Below, piece by piece: positions 49,966-60,439 of a stretch of 63,074 nucleotides of DNA. The position numbers and the translations under genes are program-made. A model generated the notes under the pieces. That model made no database searches and was not told where the DNA came from. It saw nothing but the letters and a program-made list of their open reading frames with translations. Position 1 is the stretch's first letter; each line of letters opens with the position of its first letter. Location: positions 62,001-125,074 of IMG/VR virus record IMGVR_UViG_3300026493_000141. The stretch is one strand, 5' to 3'. The DNA is from an uncultured virus (IMG/VR IMGVR_UViG_3300026493_000141) (taxonomy: Duplodnaviria; Heunggongvirae; Uroviricota; Caudoviricetes).

Positions 49966-51180
49966 TTAATCTATTACGATATCTTCTAATTGAACTGGAT
50001 TTAGTTTAATAGAAGTATCATGGAACTTTTTCAATGAACGCTGCATCACTGATGCTGACATACGTGTAGATGTAATACCAATATTAATAATACCAAGTTT
50101 ATAATATAACTCGCCTGCACATTTATTACAGATACGTTCAGATGCACAGAATAATGGGTCACGCATTTTAACTTTACGTCCAATGTACTTAGACATTGTT
50201 GTATCGTCCAACATAACCAATTTAGCACCGTCAATAATATAACGATATTCAAATAAGAATGCATTCTTCTTCGTTAAGAATATCTCTTGATATGTCTTAG
50301 ATTTACAGTCAGAACCTTTTGGTCCTAATACTAAGGACTGGAAGGCTGCCATGTATTTCTTCGTTAAGTAACCACCAACCTGTGTGCCTACACCTTTTGC
50401 GTAAGCACCTGTAACAAGAGCATCTGCATATAGCTCGATATCATCTTTCTCAATGCCGTCGGCATAGTTACTTGTACTAATCTTATATCCACCATTCGTA
50501 TTATCTTGCATTGGACCTTTCATAACGAATAAGTTTTTATAGTTATTACCGAACTTAGGTTTTGCACCAGAATCATATAATTCCATACCAGCATCTTTCC
50601 CTAGTTCACCTTTTGCAACTTTCAGTAGGTCTTTCTCTATTTTAGCTGCAACTTCAGCATTACCTTTTTGTAATTCTTCTTCATGTTGTTTGATAAGCTT
50701 TTTCTTCTCTCTTGCTACAGAGTCCAATGGAACTGTTGTACGTTGAGACATTGAGCTTACAAAGATATTATTAAAGCTGAATCCGAACCACTGTACATCA
50801 TTCAGATATTGAATGAAGTGTTCTGTTTTAATCTTATCGTCCAATAGTTGTTTTGATAAGACTCTCTCGATATCTTCGAACTTATCAGCATCAATAGGCT
50901 CATTAATATAGCCAAAGATATCGTAGAAATGTGGAGAAATAAAAAATACGTTAAAGAAGTATTTCCCTACCGTAGTAGAAATAGGTGACGTATTATTATG
51001 ATACGTACCTTTTGGAATCACAATCTTGTCTGTACCATTTAACCGGGATTTTACTTGCGCTTTCCCTTTTTCTCCTTTTGTATATTTTTTAGCAAATGTA
51101 TCAATAATCATTTGACGATTGATATTCTTACGTTCCCAACCTAGTACAAACTCTAAGTCAGTGCCTGTAACTGTTGCCAT
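49966..51180 (-). CDS. RNA polymerase beta-prime C-terminal fragment (probably virion RNAP)
   Basis: TTVGK, SGAK, SNYADG, bridge-helix-like TQVGGYLTKK, DC...RDPLFC...ICNKCAG. Confidence 0.85.
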   Translation of the reverse strand: MATVTGTDLEFVLGWERKNINRQMIIDTFAKKYTKGEKGKAQVKSRLNGTDKIVIPKGTYHNNTSPISTTVGKYFFNVFFISPHFYDIFGYINEPIDADKFEDIERVLSKQLLDDKIKTEHFIQYLNDVQWFGFSFNNIFVSSMSQRTTVPLDSVAREKKKLIKQHEEELQKGNAEVAAKIEKDLLKVAKGELGKDAGMELYDSGAKPKFGNNYKNLFVMKGPMQDNTNGGYKISTSNYADGIEKDDIELYADALVTGAYAKGVGTQVGGYLTKKYMAAFQSLVLGPKGSDCKSKTYQEIFLTKKNAFLFEYRYIIDGAKLVMLDDTTMSKYIGRKVKMRDPLFCASERICNKCAGELYYKLGIINIGITSTRMSASVMQRSLKKFHDTSIKLNPVQLEDIVID

Positions 51181-51239
51181 ATTAATTCCTCCTTTTAAAT
51201 AGAAATACTGTAAGACTGCACGTGGCAGCCTTACAGAGA

Positions 51240-52103
51240 TTAAACATAAATTTTATAAATGATTGTAATTTCTTTTGATAGGTTTGCTAGTGGTTCGTTG
51301 TTGAAATTCAGTTTAGAGAATATACGACAAGAACGGTATTCAGAATAACCTAATGAGTTATCAGGATATCCATGAACTAAACCTAACGTATTAATACGAG
51401 CTTTATTTAAGCCTCCACCATTTAATTGAAAGTATTGACGACAGTCATCTTTATCAATCTTCAATACGAACTGAATGTACGTATTCATGATTTTGTTTTC
51501 AGGTTGTGTATCAACATCCCCTGGTACAGATGGGTTACCTGGCTCGTCGAACTCTACGTGAATTACAGGTGGTGTTTCAAATTTCTTTACATAGTATTCA
51601 TAATAAGATGCATCTTGACGACGCATGAAATACTTACCACGTAATGCTGTAGATAAGTCCTTATTAGTAGGAACTTTACGGAATGGTAGAATACCTTCTA
51701 CTTTACGTTCTTTGTACTTGACATCTTTTACAGTATCAAATACATCTCCAGCTCCACCTACACCGACAGCAAATCCGAATAATACGTCTTCACGACGTAG
51801 ACCCGCCTCAGGTGGTTTTACGATTTGCGGAAGAATATTTAAATCCTGGTTTAACGTTGCAATTGTGATAGGTGTATCAACGTTTGCAATCTTTTGTAAT
51901 AAGAATAAACCTCCAGATAATAGAAGTTCATTATGCTCATCGAATAAGACTTCCCCTAATTCATTTTGAGCGATTACTTGTGTTTTAAATGTAGGACCTT
52001 TTGGATTCTGCACCTTTTTCTGAAAGTCATTTAATAAGACTTTATGTGCTTCATCAGTCGATACATGGTCACCGAATAGTAATGTTTTTGCATCAGTAGA
52101 CAT
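51240..52103 (-). CDS. Late structural protein (baseplate-like, tentative)
   Basis: In a late operon; N.LL.SGG and FAVGVGG motifs; ends ITIIYKIYV. Confidence 0.5.
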   Translation of the reverse strand: MSTDAKTLLFGDHVSTDEAHKVLLNDFQKKVQNPKGPTFKTQVIAQNELGEVLFDEHNELLLSGGLFLLQKIANVDTPITIATLNQDLNILPQIVKPPEAGLRREDVLFGFAVGVGGAGDVFDTVKDVKYKERKVEGILPFRKVPTNKDLSTALRGKYFMRRQDASYYEYYVKKFETPPVIHVEFDEPGNPSVPGDVDTQPENKIMNTYIQFVLKIDKDDCRQYFQLNGGGLNKARINTLGLVHGYPDNSLGYSEYRSCRIFSKLNFNNEPLANLSKEITIIYKIYV

Positions 52104-52106
52104 ATG

Positions 52107-54584
52107 TTAATTCTCCTCTCTGATAAAGAACGCTTTATCTTTTACTTTAATCTTAGTACTTTGTTCGACAGATGACTCCATATCGGCTATATCAGCGTAG
52201 TAATCTAAATTCATAGAAGACCCTATTTCCTTCTGAACGTATATTGCATACCAATCTTTCAGTTTGTCTAATAAGTCTTCACGTGTGAAACTAGCCTGTC
52301 CGAATACGTCATGAATCATCTCAATGAATTGATCAATTCCTTGCTCTTGTACAATAGACGTAATAACGTCATTGTAATTATTAAAAGCATTTTCCCCAGA
52401 TTCCCATTTCACTTGGAATATTTCTTCCAATACCACTTTAATATTTTGAAGTCGTTTATCATCTACATGATACGCAACGTTCATGGAAGTTAAATCGACA
52501 GTATAGGACTTAAAGATATCTACTAAATAGAATACGAATTTACGTAAACTATCTACAGATAATGTCGGAATATCTAGGAATAGACTCTCGAATTTATCAG
52601 ATCCAAAGTATAATTCTAGGGCATATAGTATACTATCAAACGTATCAATCATATTCTCCGTGTCTGTTTCGTTAACAACCGTATAGAGGTCAACGTTATG
52701 CTTACGAAGATATTCTAGGTACGTTGGAGGTAAGTTTCCTTTCGTATCACGATACATATTAGTTGTATATTTCGTAATCATACTAGAATCATAAATACGT
52801 TTATATAAATTATACTCTTCAATTGTTGTCGCATCATAACGACGACTGATAATCTCTTCGTGCACATCTTTGTTATCAAAGTATGTATTCACGACATCAG
52901 CAGCATCTTTATATTTAGCTGGTGGTTGTTTAATATCAATCTTTGTATGATCGATAATCTTATCTGGAATATCGACCTTTTCGTTATATTCATTGATAAA
53001 CATCTCGATACGTTTCATCATACGAGCATCAAAGTTAAATCCATAGATACTCATATTCTTTGTCGTTGTATCAATGATGTTTCCAGCTAGGTCAAACTTC
53101 TTACATATCATAGCGAATAACGCTACAATCATATCAAATAACGTAGCTCGTTCTACATACTTCATGGACAGTTCCGGTAGTAAACTTTGGTTTGGAACGG
53201 TATCCATTAACATACGGAAGAAGTAACATAACTCAAACGAGATTTTCATTAAATCATAGTTTGATGTCAAGTTGATATACTTCGTCTCAATATAGTTAAA
53301 TTCTTGTGACATAACTTCTTGCATGAATCTGGCTCTATCACCATCATCACCCCATAGGAAGTCATGGTCTACTACTAACCAATAATCTAAATGGTTGGCA
53401 GGGTTAATAATCTCTTGCCCTAGGTTGACCGTATCATTCGGAACCTGAGCAAACTTCAACTCATAACATTCTTCTACATCTTCAACCCACTCAGTTGAAC
53501 CATCCTCATGTTTCTTTTCTTTGTACTTGAAGATAGGATTATAGTATTGGTCTTTCTTCCGGTCTTTAATTAGGAAATAAGATGTAACGTCAATGTTATC
53601 AATCTCGAATAGTTTAAAGATATCAACGAATACTTTATCCGTTGCTTTAAAGCGTAATAGCTTATTCAAGTTCTTTGCTACTTTACGCATATACGTTAAA
53701 CTGATTTCATTGTAGTACGGTAATCCGTAGGATTCGAATAACTCTTTAATGATATCTTTATCATAAAAGTCTCGGTTAATTCCTTGGTTAAAGTATTGTG
53801 TCATGAAACGTTGACAAGTAATTGTCAAGATAAATAATCCGATAAAAGCATCATAGTACTCCGAGTTCATTTGATAAGCTTTATCGTAGATTCGTTTCAA
53901 TACATAGTTACGACTCTCTTTATAGATTCGTACAAAGACAGATGGCATCCCAGGGTCTTGTAAGTATCGCTTGATATACATTAGCTCATATGGAGCTGTA
54001 CGTCGTGCTACTTCAATAGGCACCTTACCATCATATACATGTCGTAGGTATTTCTTTTCAGGATGCTTCTCAATTAATCGAGAAATATTCTTTGTAATTG
54101 CTAGTAACATCAATTCATGATTATCCATCATATGAATTGGTTTTGTAATGTCAACTCCATCTACTTCATATTCCATATATATGAAGTCATCGAATGTATC
54201 TTCTAATGGAGGTAATCCACTAATCTCACGATAATATTCATTCTGTTCCACGTAGTTCATAATGATATATTCCCGATGATATTGTAGAACGATACCACGT
54301 TTATCAATAGGAATTAAACTACGATTACGCTGTAAATCTTCCCATTCCGATTGAGGGAATCCAGCTTTCTCTAACGCATATTCACTGTATGTCATGTACG
54401 TACCAAAATCATCAATATGTAATTTTGCCGCACAGTACATGTCGCCTAACCGTTTCGATTCGAGTGTTTCATATTTAGAGGCGATATAGTCTAGTTTCAC
54501 TGTGAGTGTTTCATTTATTTCCTTTAACTGATTAAGCACAAAGTCCATCATATTGGTTTGCTTATAATCCGCTCTCATTCTCAC
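52107..54584 (-). CDS. Large late protein (825 aa), probably structural
   Basis: YVEQNEYYR motif; minus-strand AACA-N6-TA at 54601-54612. Confidence 0.55.
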   Translation of the reverse strand: MRMRADYKQTNMMDFVLNQLKEINETLTVKLDYIASKYETLESKRLGDMYCAAKLHIDDFGTYMTYSEYALEKAGFPQSEWEDLQRNRSLIPIDKRGIVLQYHREYIIMNYVEQNEYYREISGLPPLEDTFDDFIYMEYEVDGVDITKPIHMMDNHELMLLAITKNISRLIEKHPEKKYLRHVYDGKVPIEVARRTAPYELMYIKRYLQDPGMPSVFVRIYKESRNYVLKRIYDKAYQMNSEYYDAFIGLFILTITCQRFMTQYFNQGINRDFYDKDIIKELFESYGLPYYNEISLTYMRKVAKNLNKLLRFKATDKVFVDIFKLFEIDNIDVTSYFLIKDRKKDQYYNPIFKYKEKKHEDGSTEWVEDVEECYELKFAQVPNDTVNLGQEIINPANHLDYWLVVDHDFLWGDDGDRARFMQEVMSQEFNYIETKYINLTSNYDLMKISFELCYFFRMLMDTVPNQSLLPELSMKYVERATLFDMIVALFAMICKKFDLAGNIIDTTTKNMSIYGFNFDARMMKRIEMFINEYNEKVDIPDKIIDHTKIDIKQPPAKYKDAADVVNTYFDNKDVHEEIISRRYDATTIEEYNLYKRIYDSSMITKYTTNMYRDTKGNLPPTYLEYLRKHNVDLYTVVNETDTENMIDTFDSILYALELYFGSDKFESLFLDIPTLSVDSLRKFVFYLVDIFKSYTVDLTSMNVAYHVDDKRLQNIKVVLEEIFQVKWESGENAFNNYNDVITSIVQEQGIDQFIEMIHDVFGQASFTREDLLDKLKDWYAIYVQKEIGSSMNLDYYADIADMESSVEQSTKIKVKDKAFFIREEN

Positions 54585-54689
54585 ACTCCCTTTCTGTTTG
54601 TACTAATTTGTTGTTTAAGGGGTTATGTGTGATATATAAGGGATGTAGCGGAAACAACGTATTAAATACAAGTAAAAGGAGGGTTCTTT

Positions 54690-55334
54690 ATGGGAACTGA
54701 AATTGCTAACATAAAGGTAAAGGGTTTAAAGAAGGGTAATCCTAGATTAAAATCTGATACAGGAATGATTCTACCATTCTTCCAGAATAACAAAGAGCTT
54801 TTACACTTAGAGACGATGAATCGTTTCATTAAAGCGACGGAACGTTTAATCCGTACAAGTAAAGAGTATAAGCGTTATAAAGCGTATTTAATGGAAGAAA
54901 TCGGATTAGACCACTGTATGATATTCCCTGATATATCAGATGATGGTGATGCTCCAATTGAGATGCATCATGGTCCCATTCTTACCCTGTATGATATCTG
55001 CGAAATCCTGACAAATTGGATGATAGCAAACGATATCAAAATTACTACGTTCCGAGTTGCCGATTTAGTAATTCGAGAACATTTTGACAATACAATACAA
55101 GTTGTGATGTTATGTGAAATGGCTCATCAACTTGTACATGCCAATGAGATTTATCTTAACCCTAAACAAGCATGGGGTGATATCGGTAAGTTTATCGAGA
55201 AATATCGAGATGGTATTGATGACAAACAGATGTATATCATTCATGAGAATATACGTGTTGCGAATCAATACGGAAGTACTGACGGTGGAGTGTTGGATGT
55301 AAATCCGACAGTTACTGACTGGTCAGAAAAATAA
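54690..55334 (+). CDS. HNH-like nuclease-fold protein
   Basis: C...IEMHHGP...VMLCEMAHQLVH; late promoter at 54653-54664. Confidence 0.55.
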   Translation: MGTEIANIKVKGLKKGNPRLKSDTGMILPFFQNNKELLHLETMNRFIKATERLIRTSKEYKRYKAYLMEEIGLDHCMIFPDISDDGDAPIEMHHGPILTLYDICEILTNWMIANDIKITTFRVADLVIREHFDNTIQVVMLCEMAHQLVHANEIYLNPKQAWGDIGKFIEKYRDGIDDKQMYIIHENIRVANQYGSTDGGVLDVNPTVTDWSEK

Positions 55335-55354
55335 TAAGTGAGAGGAAGTTGTAT

Positions 55355-55807
55355 ATGTTAGTGAATTTTTGGTCAATCTTATTGATTTGTATTGGGTTTG
55401 TTTTATTATGGGCGGTTATGTTATTCTTCCTAATAAAACGATTACTAACAAAAGTAAATGAAAAGGTAGCCGTGCAACCAGTACAAGAAACTACCAAAAA
55501 AATAAACGCACAGGTATATTCGATACCTATTGAAAATGTGCTTGCTGTACTGAATGATGTCGTACAACAGCAATTGAAATACCATTTGGAAATGAATATT
55601 AAGCAATTCGGTCCTGCATACATTAATGATAAAACATTTGAAAAAACTATGCAGGCAATTATTGATGATATATACTTAGTCTTGTCTGATGATTATAAAG
55701 AATTATTACATCAATATTTCTCTCAAGACGGACTAACATTGTATATCTATAAAACGATTCATCCAGTAGTTTTACAGATAAGTTTAGAAAAAAATGAAAT
55801 AAAGTAA
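55355..55807 (+). CDS. Single-TM membrane protein
   Basis: N-terminal hydrophobic helix. Confidence 0.65.
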   Translation: MLVNFWSILLICIGFVLLWAVMLFFLIKRLLTKVNEKVAVQPVQETTKKINAQVYSIPIENVLAVLNDVVQQQLKYHLEMNIKQFGPAYINDKTFEKTMQAIIDDIYLVLSDDYKELLHQYFSQDGLTLYIYKTIHPVVLQISLEKNEIK

Positions 55808-55853
55808 TTTAAATAAAGAAGAGGATAGAGCCTAAGCGCTCTATCCTCCCTTT

Positions 55854-56525
55854 TTATTCGTTGTTATTAGCTTCTGCTAATCTATAACGATCAATTGCTT
55901 TGTACAGTTTTCCAGGTGAATCAAATAACTCTAGTAATACATTACTCGTATCAGGTTTTGCAAATTCTTCTGTAACAAAGAACCAATCAAGTTGTCCTAT
56001 TTTATTACATGTAATAACACTTTCAGTGTACTGTGATTTATTTGTATACTTGATTCGGTTTGCAATGTATATCTGATAACTATCCTCTTCACCTAGATAA
56101 TTCCTCACAAGAGCATTTATCTTTTGAATCATTGGATGGAATCTGATATCAGGATGTAATTCATTTTCCCACGGTGTATAACGAATTACAAATTCATCAC
56201 TTGGTTGAGCCGGTATATTATCTTCCGGCTTATGCTTGATGATTGTTGTAAATAGAATACCTTTCAAGTAAGCATCAACCACTTCCACATGATATGTATC
56301 CATTTGATTGAATACCACGTCATGCATTTTTAAGTTAATTCTGAAGTGGGGGTATGTGTATTTAGAGAAAAGTAAAATACGTTCAGTAATCGTTTTACAT
56401 TCTATCTCTAAACGTTCCTCAGCCCCAATACGTTCAAACTCACTATTTACCATAGCAAGTTGATTAAATAATTCCTCATTAAATTCTTTTGTTAATGGTG
56501 TATAAATCGTTTCTACATTTGTCAT
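55854..56525 (-). CDS. Hypothetical protein
   Basis: ORF with GGGAG RBS. Confidence 0.65.
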   Translation of the reverse strand: MTNVETIYTPLTKEFNEELFNQLAMVNSEFERIGAEERLEIECKTITERILLFSKYTYPHFRINLKMHDVVFNQMDTYHVEVVDAYLKGILFTTIIKHKPEDNIPAQPSDEFVIRYTPWENELHPDIRFHPMIQKINALVRNYLGEEDSYQIYIANRIKYTNKSQYTESVITCNKIGQLDWFFVTEEFAKPDTSNVLLELFDSPGKLYKAIDRYRLAEANNNE

Positions 56526-56548
56526 GTTTCTCGTCTCCCTTTACCTTC

Positions 56549-57124
56549 TTAAAATTGGTAGAATACTTCTTTATTAAAGTTTGTATGTGCTCTGCTAAAT
56601 TCTTTCTTAAATGCAAATACTTCTTTCAAGCTAAGTGGTTCATAGTTATGACAATCCACTCCAACATTCAACCCACCACGTTTGACCATTTGTAATTTAT
56701 GTATATGACCAAATATTGTATAGTTATTCGTTGTAGAATAACTAGGTTCGTGAACTAGTTCGAATGGTTCGCCATCTAATGTGATGAATATTCGTTTGTC
56801 TTCTAAATACACATCCTTGAAACCTAAGCTTAAAAGATATTGCTCATTAATTTTTCCAGCTTCTACATCATCACGTTCATGGTTCCCCGCCAATAACGTG
56901 ATATTACCATTCAACTTACTAACCATGTCATAGTTGCCGAAATCACCGACATGGATAACTTTATCATTCGGTTTTACTTTGTTATTCCAGCGATCAATCA
57001 TTGCTAAGTCCATTGCATTGATATCCCCAAATGGACGACGAGAACGCTTTCGTGTATATTCATCTGAAAAGTGTGTATCAGCTGTTAAGAATATATTAGA
57101 TTCTTCTGTAGTTAATAGTCCCAT
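56549..57124 (-). CDS. Calcineurin-like metallophosphoesterase
   Basis: ADTHF, HVGDF, GNHE, HEP, GHIH, NVGVD. Confidence 0.88.
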   Translation of the reverse strand: MGLLTTEESNIFLTADTHFSDEYTRKRSRRPFGDINAMDLAMIDRWNNKVKPNDKVIHVGDFGNYDMVSKLNGNITLLAGNHERDDVEAGKINEQYLLSLGFKDVYLEDKRIFITLDGEPFELVHEPSYSTTNNYTIFGHIHKLQMVKRGGLNVGVDCHNYEPLSLKEVFAFKKEFSRAHTNFNKEVFYQF

Positions 57125-57126
57125 AA

Positions 57127-57489
57127 TTAGTTCTCCTCCGATAGCTGTTTTATAGTATTAGATATATTAGTAACATGATTTGATATACCCATAGTTACAC
57201 CTGATAGAATCCAATGAATAAGTGTCTTATCAGGTACTGCCGGTGTTGCACTGGCAATAATATTGGTTTCTCTATCATACTCTGCTAATCTATAAAATAT
57301 ATTACTATTATATTCTTCATCCCACCAGACTTCAGCTAATAAAGCATATCGTTTTGGCAAGTTTAATTGATCTACGAATCCATTGATTCGAGAACACGCG
57401 ATATCTTCATCTAACGTCCATCTAGATTTTTCAGCTAATACTTCTACTATCAATTGTTTTCCTTTTAAGTCGATATCTTTGATTTTCAT
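57127..57489 (-). CDS. Hypothetical protein
   Basis: ORF with GGGAG RBS. Confidence 0.6.
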   Translation of the reverse strand: MKIKDIDLKGKQLIVEVLAEKSRWTLDEDIACSRINGFVDQLNLPKRYALLAEVWWDEEYNSNIFYRLAEYDRETNIIASATPAVPDKTLIHWILSGVTMGISNHVTNISNTIKQLSEEN

Positions 57490-57512
57490 TATTATTACTC
57501 CCTTATTATGTA

Positions 57513-57989
57513 TTAGTCTATTTTAATTAACCATTCTTTGTTACCGTATACTCTTATCTCGATATCTGTATCCTGGAAGATATCTATAATGAGTTCCTTA
57601 ACAGTTACCCATCGTAGTTTATCTAATCCGCATCCAAGATGAGGGATGGCAAGCTTATTCCATCCCATCTTAACTGACGCTTCTTTTAGATACACTAATG
57701 CTCGAACTAATCCTGCATAACCGGGCTTATCCCAATAGTCACGTTTCGTAACTAATAGTAAATGTTGCCCGACTGATGCTACAGATGGTACTGTCATAGG
57801 ACATGCTACCATTCCTGTTTCTAAATCATAACGACGTCTAAAATCTTCCACTTCAGGGAATCGTTCACAAGTTTCTTTCGCTAAACCCGCTCCCATTTTA
57901 GCGTCGCCTGAAATACATTGCACCATACGAAATTCCTTAGGTGCTTCAAATAAGCTATTGTATAAATAAGTAGTATCATCTAATTTCAT
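57513..57989 (-). CDS. Macrodomain protein (Poa1p/TARG1-like ADP-ribose hydrolase)
   Basis: CISGDAKMGAGLA, LVTK..YWDKP, LAIPHLGCGLDKLRW. Confidence 0.88.
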   Translation of the reverse strand: MKLDDTTYLYNSLFEAPKEFRMVQCISGDAKMGAGLAKETCERFPEVEDFRRRYDLETGMVACPMTVPSVASVGQHLLLVTKRDYWDKPGYAGLVRALVYLKEASVKMGWNKLAIPHLGCGLDKLRWVTVKELIIDIFQDTDIEIRVYGNKEWLIKID

Positions 57990-58392
57990 TATCTTCTGAC
58001 CCCTTCATGATTATTTCTCCTGGCACTGGAAGTGAACCCAGCCAATATTTATATTCCGTAGTCGGCTGATAAGTAACTTTTATATAGTTTGGCTCCAACT
58101 TTGACTTTGGAATAAAGTATACTTGTATATTTCCAAGTGGCACATGCAATAATGAACTGGATGTTACTCCTGGAATATTACCTATTCGACCATCATGAAA
58201 TCTTTCATCGTCTTTATGATGGAATATCATTAACTTAGGTTCAACTAGATTATCACGATATATGTATCGACAAGCAATACCAATACGCTCTATCTTTGTT
58301 ATAAGAGCTTCCGTTCTAATATCTAAGGTACATCCTGACACACCATTCATAGAGAATGTATGGTCAATATCCCAATCAGTTATACCAAACAT
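57976..58392 (-). CDS. Hypothetical protein
   Basis: Coupled ORF. Confidence 0.6.
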   Translation of the reverse strand: MFGITDWDIDHTFSMNGVSGCTLDIRTEALITKIERIGIACRYIYRDNLVEPKLMIFHHKDDERFHDGRIGNIPGVTSSSLLHVPLGNIQVYFIPKSKLEPNYIKVTYQPTTEYKYWLGSLPVPGEIIMKGSEDNEIR

Positions 58393-58814
58393 TATTGATC
58401 CTCCCAGAATTTTGCGTTTGATACAAATTTCATAATTCGTTCTACATCTTCATTCGTTAATCTTTCACTTTCACGTATCTTTTCTCCTAACTTTTTTGTA
58501 AATTCCTTTTTAGGTATATTTAAACGCCCTACACCCGCTATGAAATTAGCTTTCTCAGTTGGATGTAAAATATATAGCTTATCAAAACTATCTACAGTTT
58601 CATTTAAAAGTCTTGTAGACTCAGTGGCAGGATAGCATATAAATGCATCTACAACCGAGTTATTAATTATGATATCAGGTCTAAATTCATACGTTACCGC
58701 GGAGGGCATACCTGTAAGAGTTAATGTTTTATCTTTTCGTATAATTTCTACATCTTCAATTTTAATATCATCATCTTTATCCGATAGCAATACAAATACT
58801 AATTCTTTACCCAT
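58392..58814 (-). CDS. Hypothetical protein
   Basis: Coupled ORF. Confidence 0.6.
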   Translation of the reverse strand: MGKELVFVLLSDKDDDIKIEDVEIIRKDKTLTLTGMPSAVTYEFRPDIIINNSVVDAFICYPATESTRLLNETVDSFDKLYILHPTEKANFIAGVGRLNIPKKEFTKKLGEKIRESERLTNEDVERIMKFVSNAKFWEDQ

Positions 58815-59187
58815 TCTGTTTTACCATCGCTTTCTCATTATTTTCTTTCTTTTTAGTCATCATTTCATTACGATGGAAAGCAATAATGTAATTCACAATA
58901 GCTTCAGTATCATGAGCTACAAACTCTGGGAATCTAGCAGTATGTATACCATCCTTTACAAATAATTGATATTGAATCTTGCATGGTATAAGTTTGAATC
59001 CTATCTTGTATATGAATAGGCTCAACTTTGTAAATGGGGTGTTAATTACTTTAGATTTTACCTTTAATTCACGGTTTATATCACTCATACTTAAACGTAG
59101 ATTAGAATGGAATAACCAATCCTTAATAATAGGATGGTCCCAATTAATAAATCCTTCTTCATCAATTCTAACTGGTTTGTTAAACAT
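58807..59187 (-). CDS. Hypothetical protein
   Basis: Coupled ORF with GGGAG RBS. Confidence 0.6.
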   Translation of the reverse strand: MFNKPVRIDEEGFINWDHPIIKDWLFHSNLRLSMSDINRELKVKSKVINTPFTKLSLFIYKIGFKLIPCKIQYQLFVKDGIHTARFPEFVAHDTEAIVNYIIAFHRNEMMTKKKENNEKAMVKQNG

Positions 59188-59201
59188 ATTTCTTCTCTCC
59201 C

Positions 59202-59972
59202 TTAGAAAAATATTTTAATTAATGGTACAATATACGTCATGTAGTTATAACGTATATCAATCATTTCTAAATCAGGAGTCCATGGGACTTTATATGAAGT
59301 ACCCATAATACCTCCTGAGTTCAGCATAAACATAGAGTCTGAATTCATCTCTCTGTAATACTCTATATCTAATTTCTTCTTACGATAGTCGTCAGCAAAT
59401 GTACGAACGGCTTGACATATGATACTCATATCCGTTACTTCCTCTGCTTGTCTAAATAACTTACGTAAGAACTTAATCATATATTTACGATGTATCTTTG
59501 GCACATCTTTCCCCAAGCCTTTGATATGTAAATATTCTCTACTATAATAAAACTCGATATCCCCTAAGTTATAATAACTAGAGTATCGATTCTTTAATAC
59601 AAATTCCACATTCCCGAACTTCGTAGAAGTTACAGGTTGATTGATTAAGAAGATTGCATCCTTCTTAATACTTAGAATACTAGCATCACTAATATTATTT
59701 CGTTCCATGAACGTTCTACGATATTCAACGAGATTCTGATTAATAATTTTACCAAGTTCTTTATCCTTTTTAATCATTAACCCAATCTTGATGTTTCGCT
59801 CTTTCTTTGGCATAGCGTTTAACTCATCAATCTTTGTTTGAGGTATCGCTTTTGCTGCAATTAACATATTGAAACCTGCTGACTTAATATCATATTCTTT
59901 GATACTAGCAGATACAATATGATTTAATGATTTATCTAAATAATTATGTTTTACGTAAAGAGTGTTACTCAC
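59202..59972 (-). CDS. Small divergent family-B polymerase palm-like protein
   Basis: EYDIKSAG (motif A-like) and SIKKDAIF (motif C-like). Confidence 0.5.
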   Translation of the reverse strand: MSNTLYVKHNYLDKSLNHIVSASIKEYDIKSAGFNMLIAAKAIPQTKIDELNAMPKKERNIKIGLMIKKDKELGKIINQNLVEYRRTFMERNNISDASILSIKKDAIFLINQPVTSTKFGNVEFVLKNRYSSYYNLGDIEFYYSREYLHIKGLGKDVPKIHRKYMIKFLRKLFRQAEEVTDMSIICQAVRTFADDYRKKKLDIEYYREMNSDSMFMLNSGGIMGTSYKVPWTPDLEMIDIRYNYMTYIVPLIKIFF

Positions 59973-60439
59973 ACCTTATCACCACTTAGTACACCAGAGA
60001 ACTTGTCTAGTAGACTCATGTACTCAAGATATCCTTCTTCTGACATCTTGCTACTTCTCTTCATATCTAGTGTGATATCATTTGTAAACTTATACCCAGG
60101 ATACCCGAAGGTCTTCTCGATATATTTACACAATGCTTTACAGTAATTGAAATTATATGGGTCTCGTTCTTCAGGAATATATACTAAAACGATATGAGCA
60201 CCTCTATTTAATTGCATCAATAATGATACAATATAAGGCATCTTCTTCTTATCTTTAATCGTTTCTTTAATATATAATTTCTTATTACCCGCTTTAAATA
60301 AATGACTATGTGGATCAGGCATAAGTATCTTTAAACTAACCATACCCTCATGATCCACATTTAAAGCATTAGACACCATCATCGTAATATACGATGATGG
60401 TATTTTATCTAATTCAGTGTCACTTGCATAAAATAACAT
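59969..60439 (-). CDS. Hypothetical protein (weakly similar to the next gene)
   Basis: L.P...LF...Y......LV...EE.....L..Y.E...G pattern. Confidence 0.6.
   Translation of the reverse strand: MLFYASDTELDKIPSSYITMMVSNALNVDHEGMVSLKILMPDPHSHLFKAGNKKLYIKETIKDKKKMPYIVSLLMQLNRGAHIVLVYIPEERDPYNFNYCKALCKYIEKTFGYPGYKFTNDITLDMKRSSKMSEEGYLEYMSLLDKFSGVLSGDKV

Noticed and set aside
489..51180. RNAP fragments as pseudogenes or intron-split genes
   Set aside because: Each has an RBS and an intact ORF; split subunits are normal in phiKZ-like phages; no intron or intein signature was seen.
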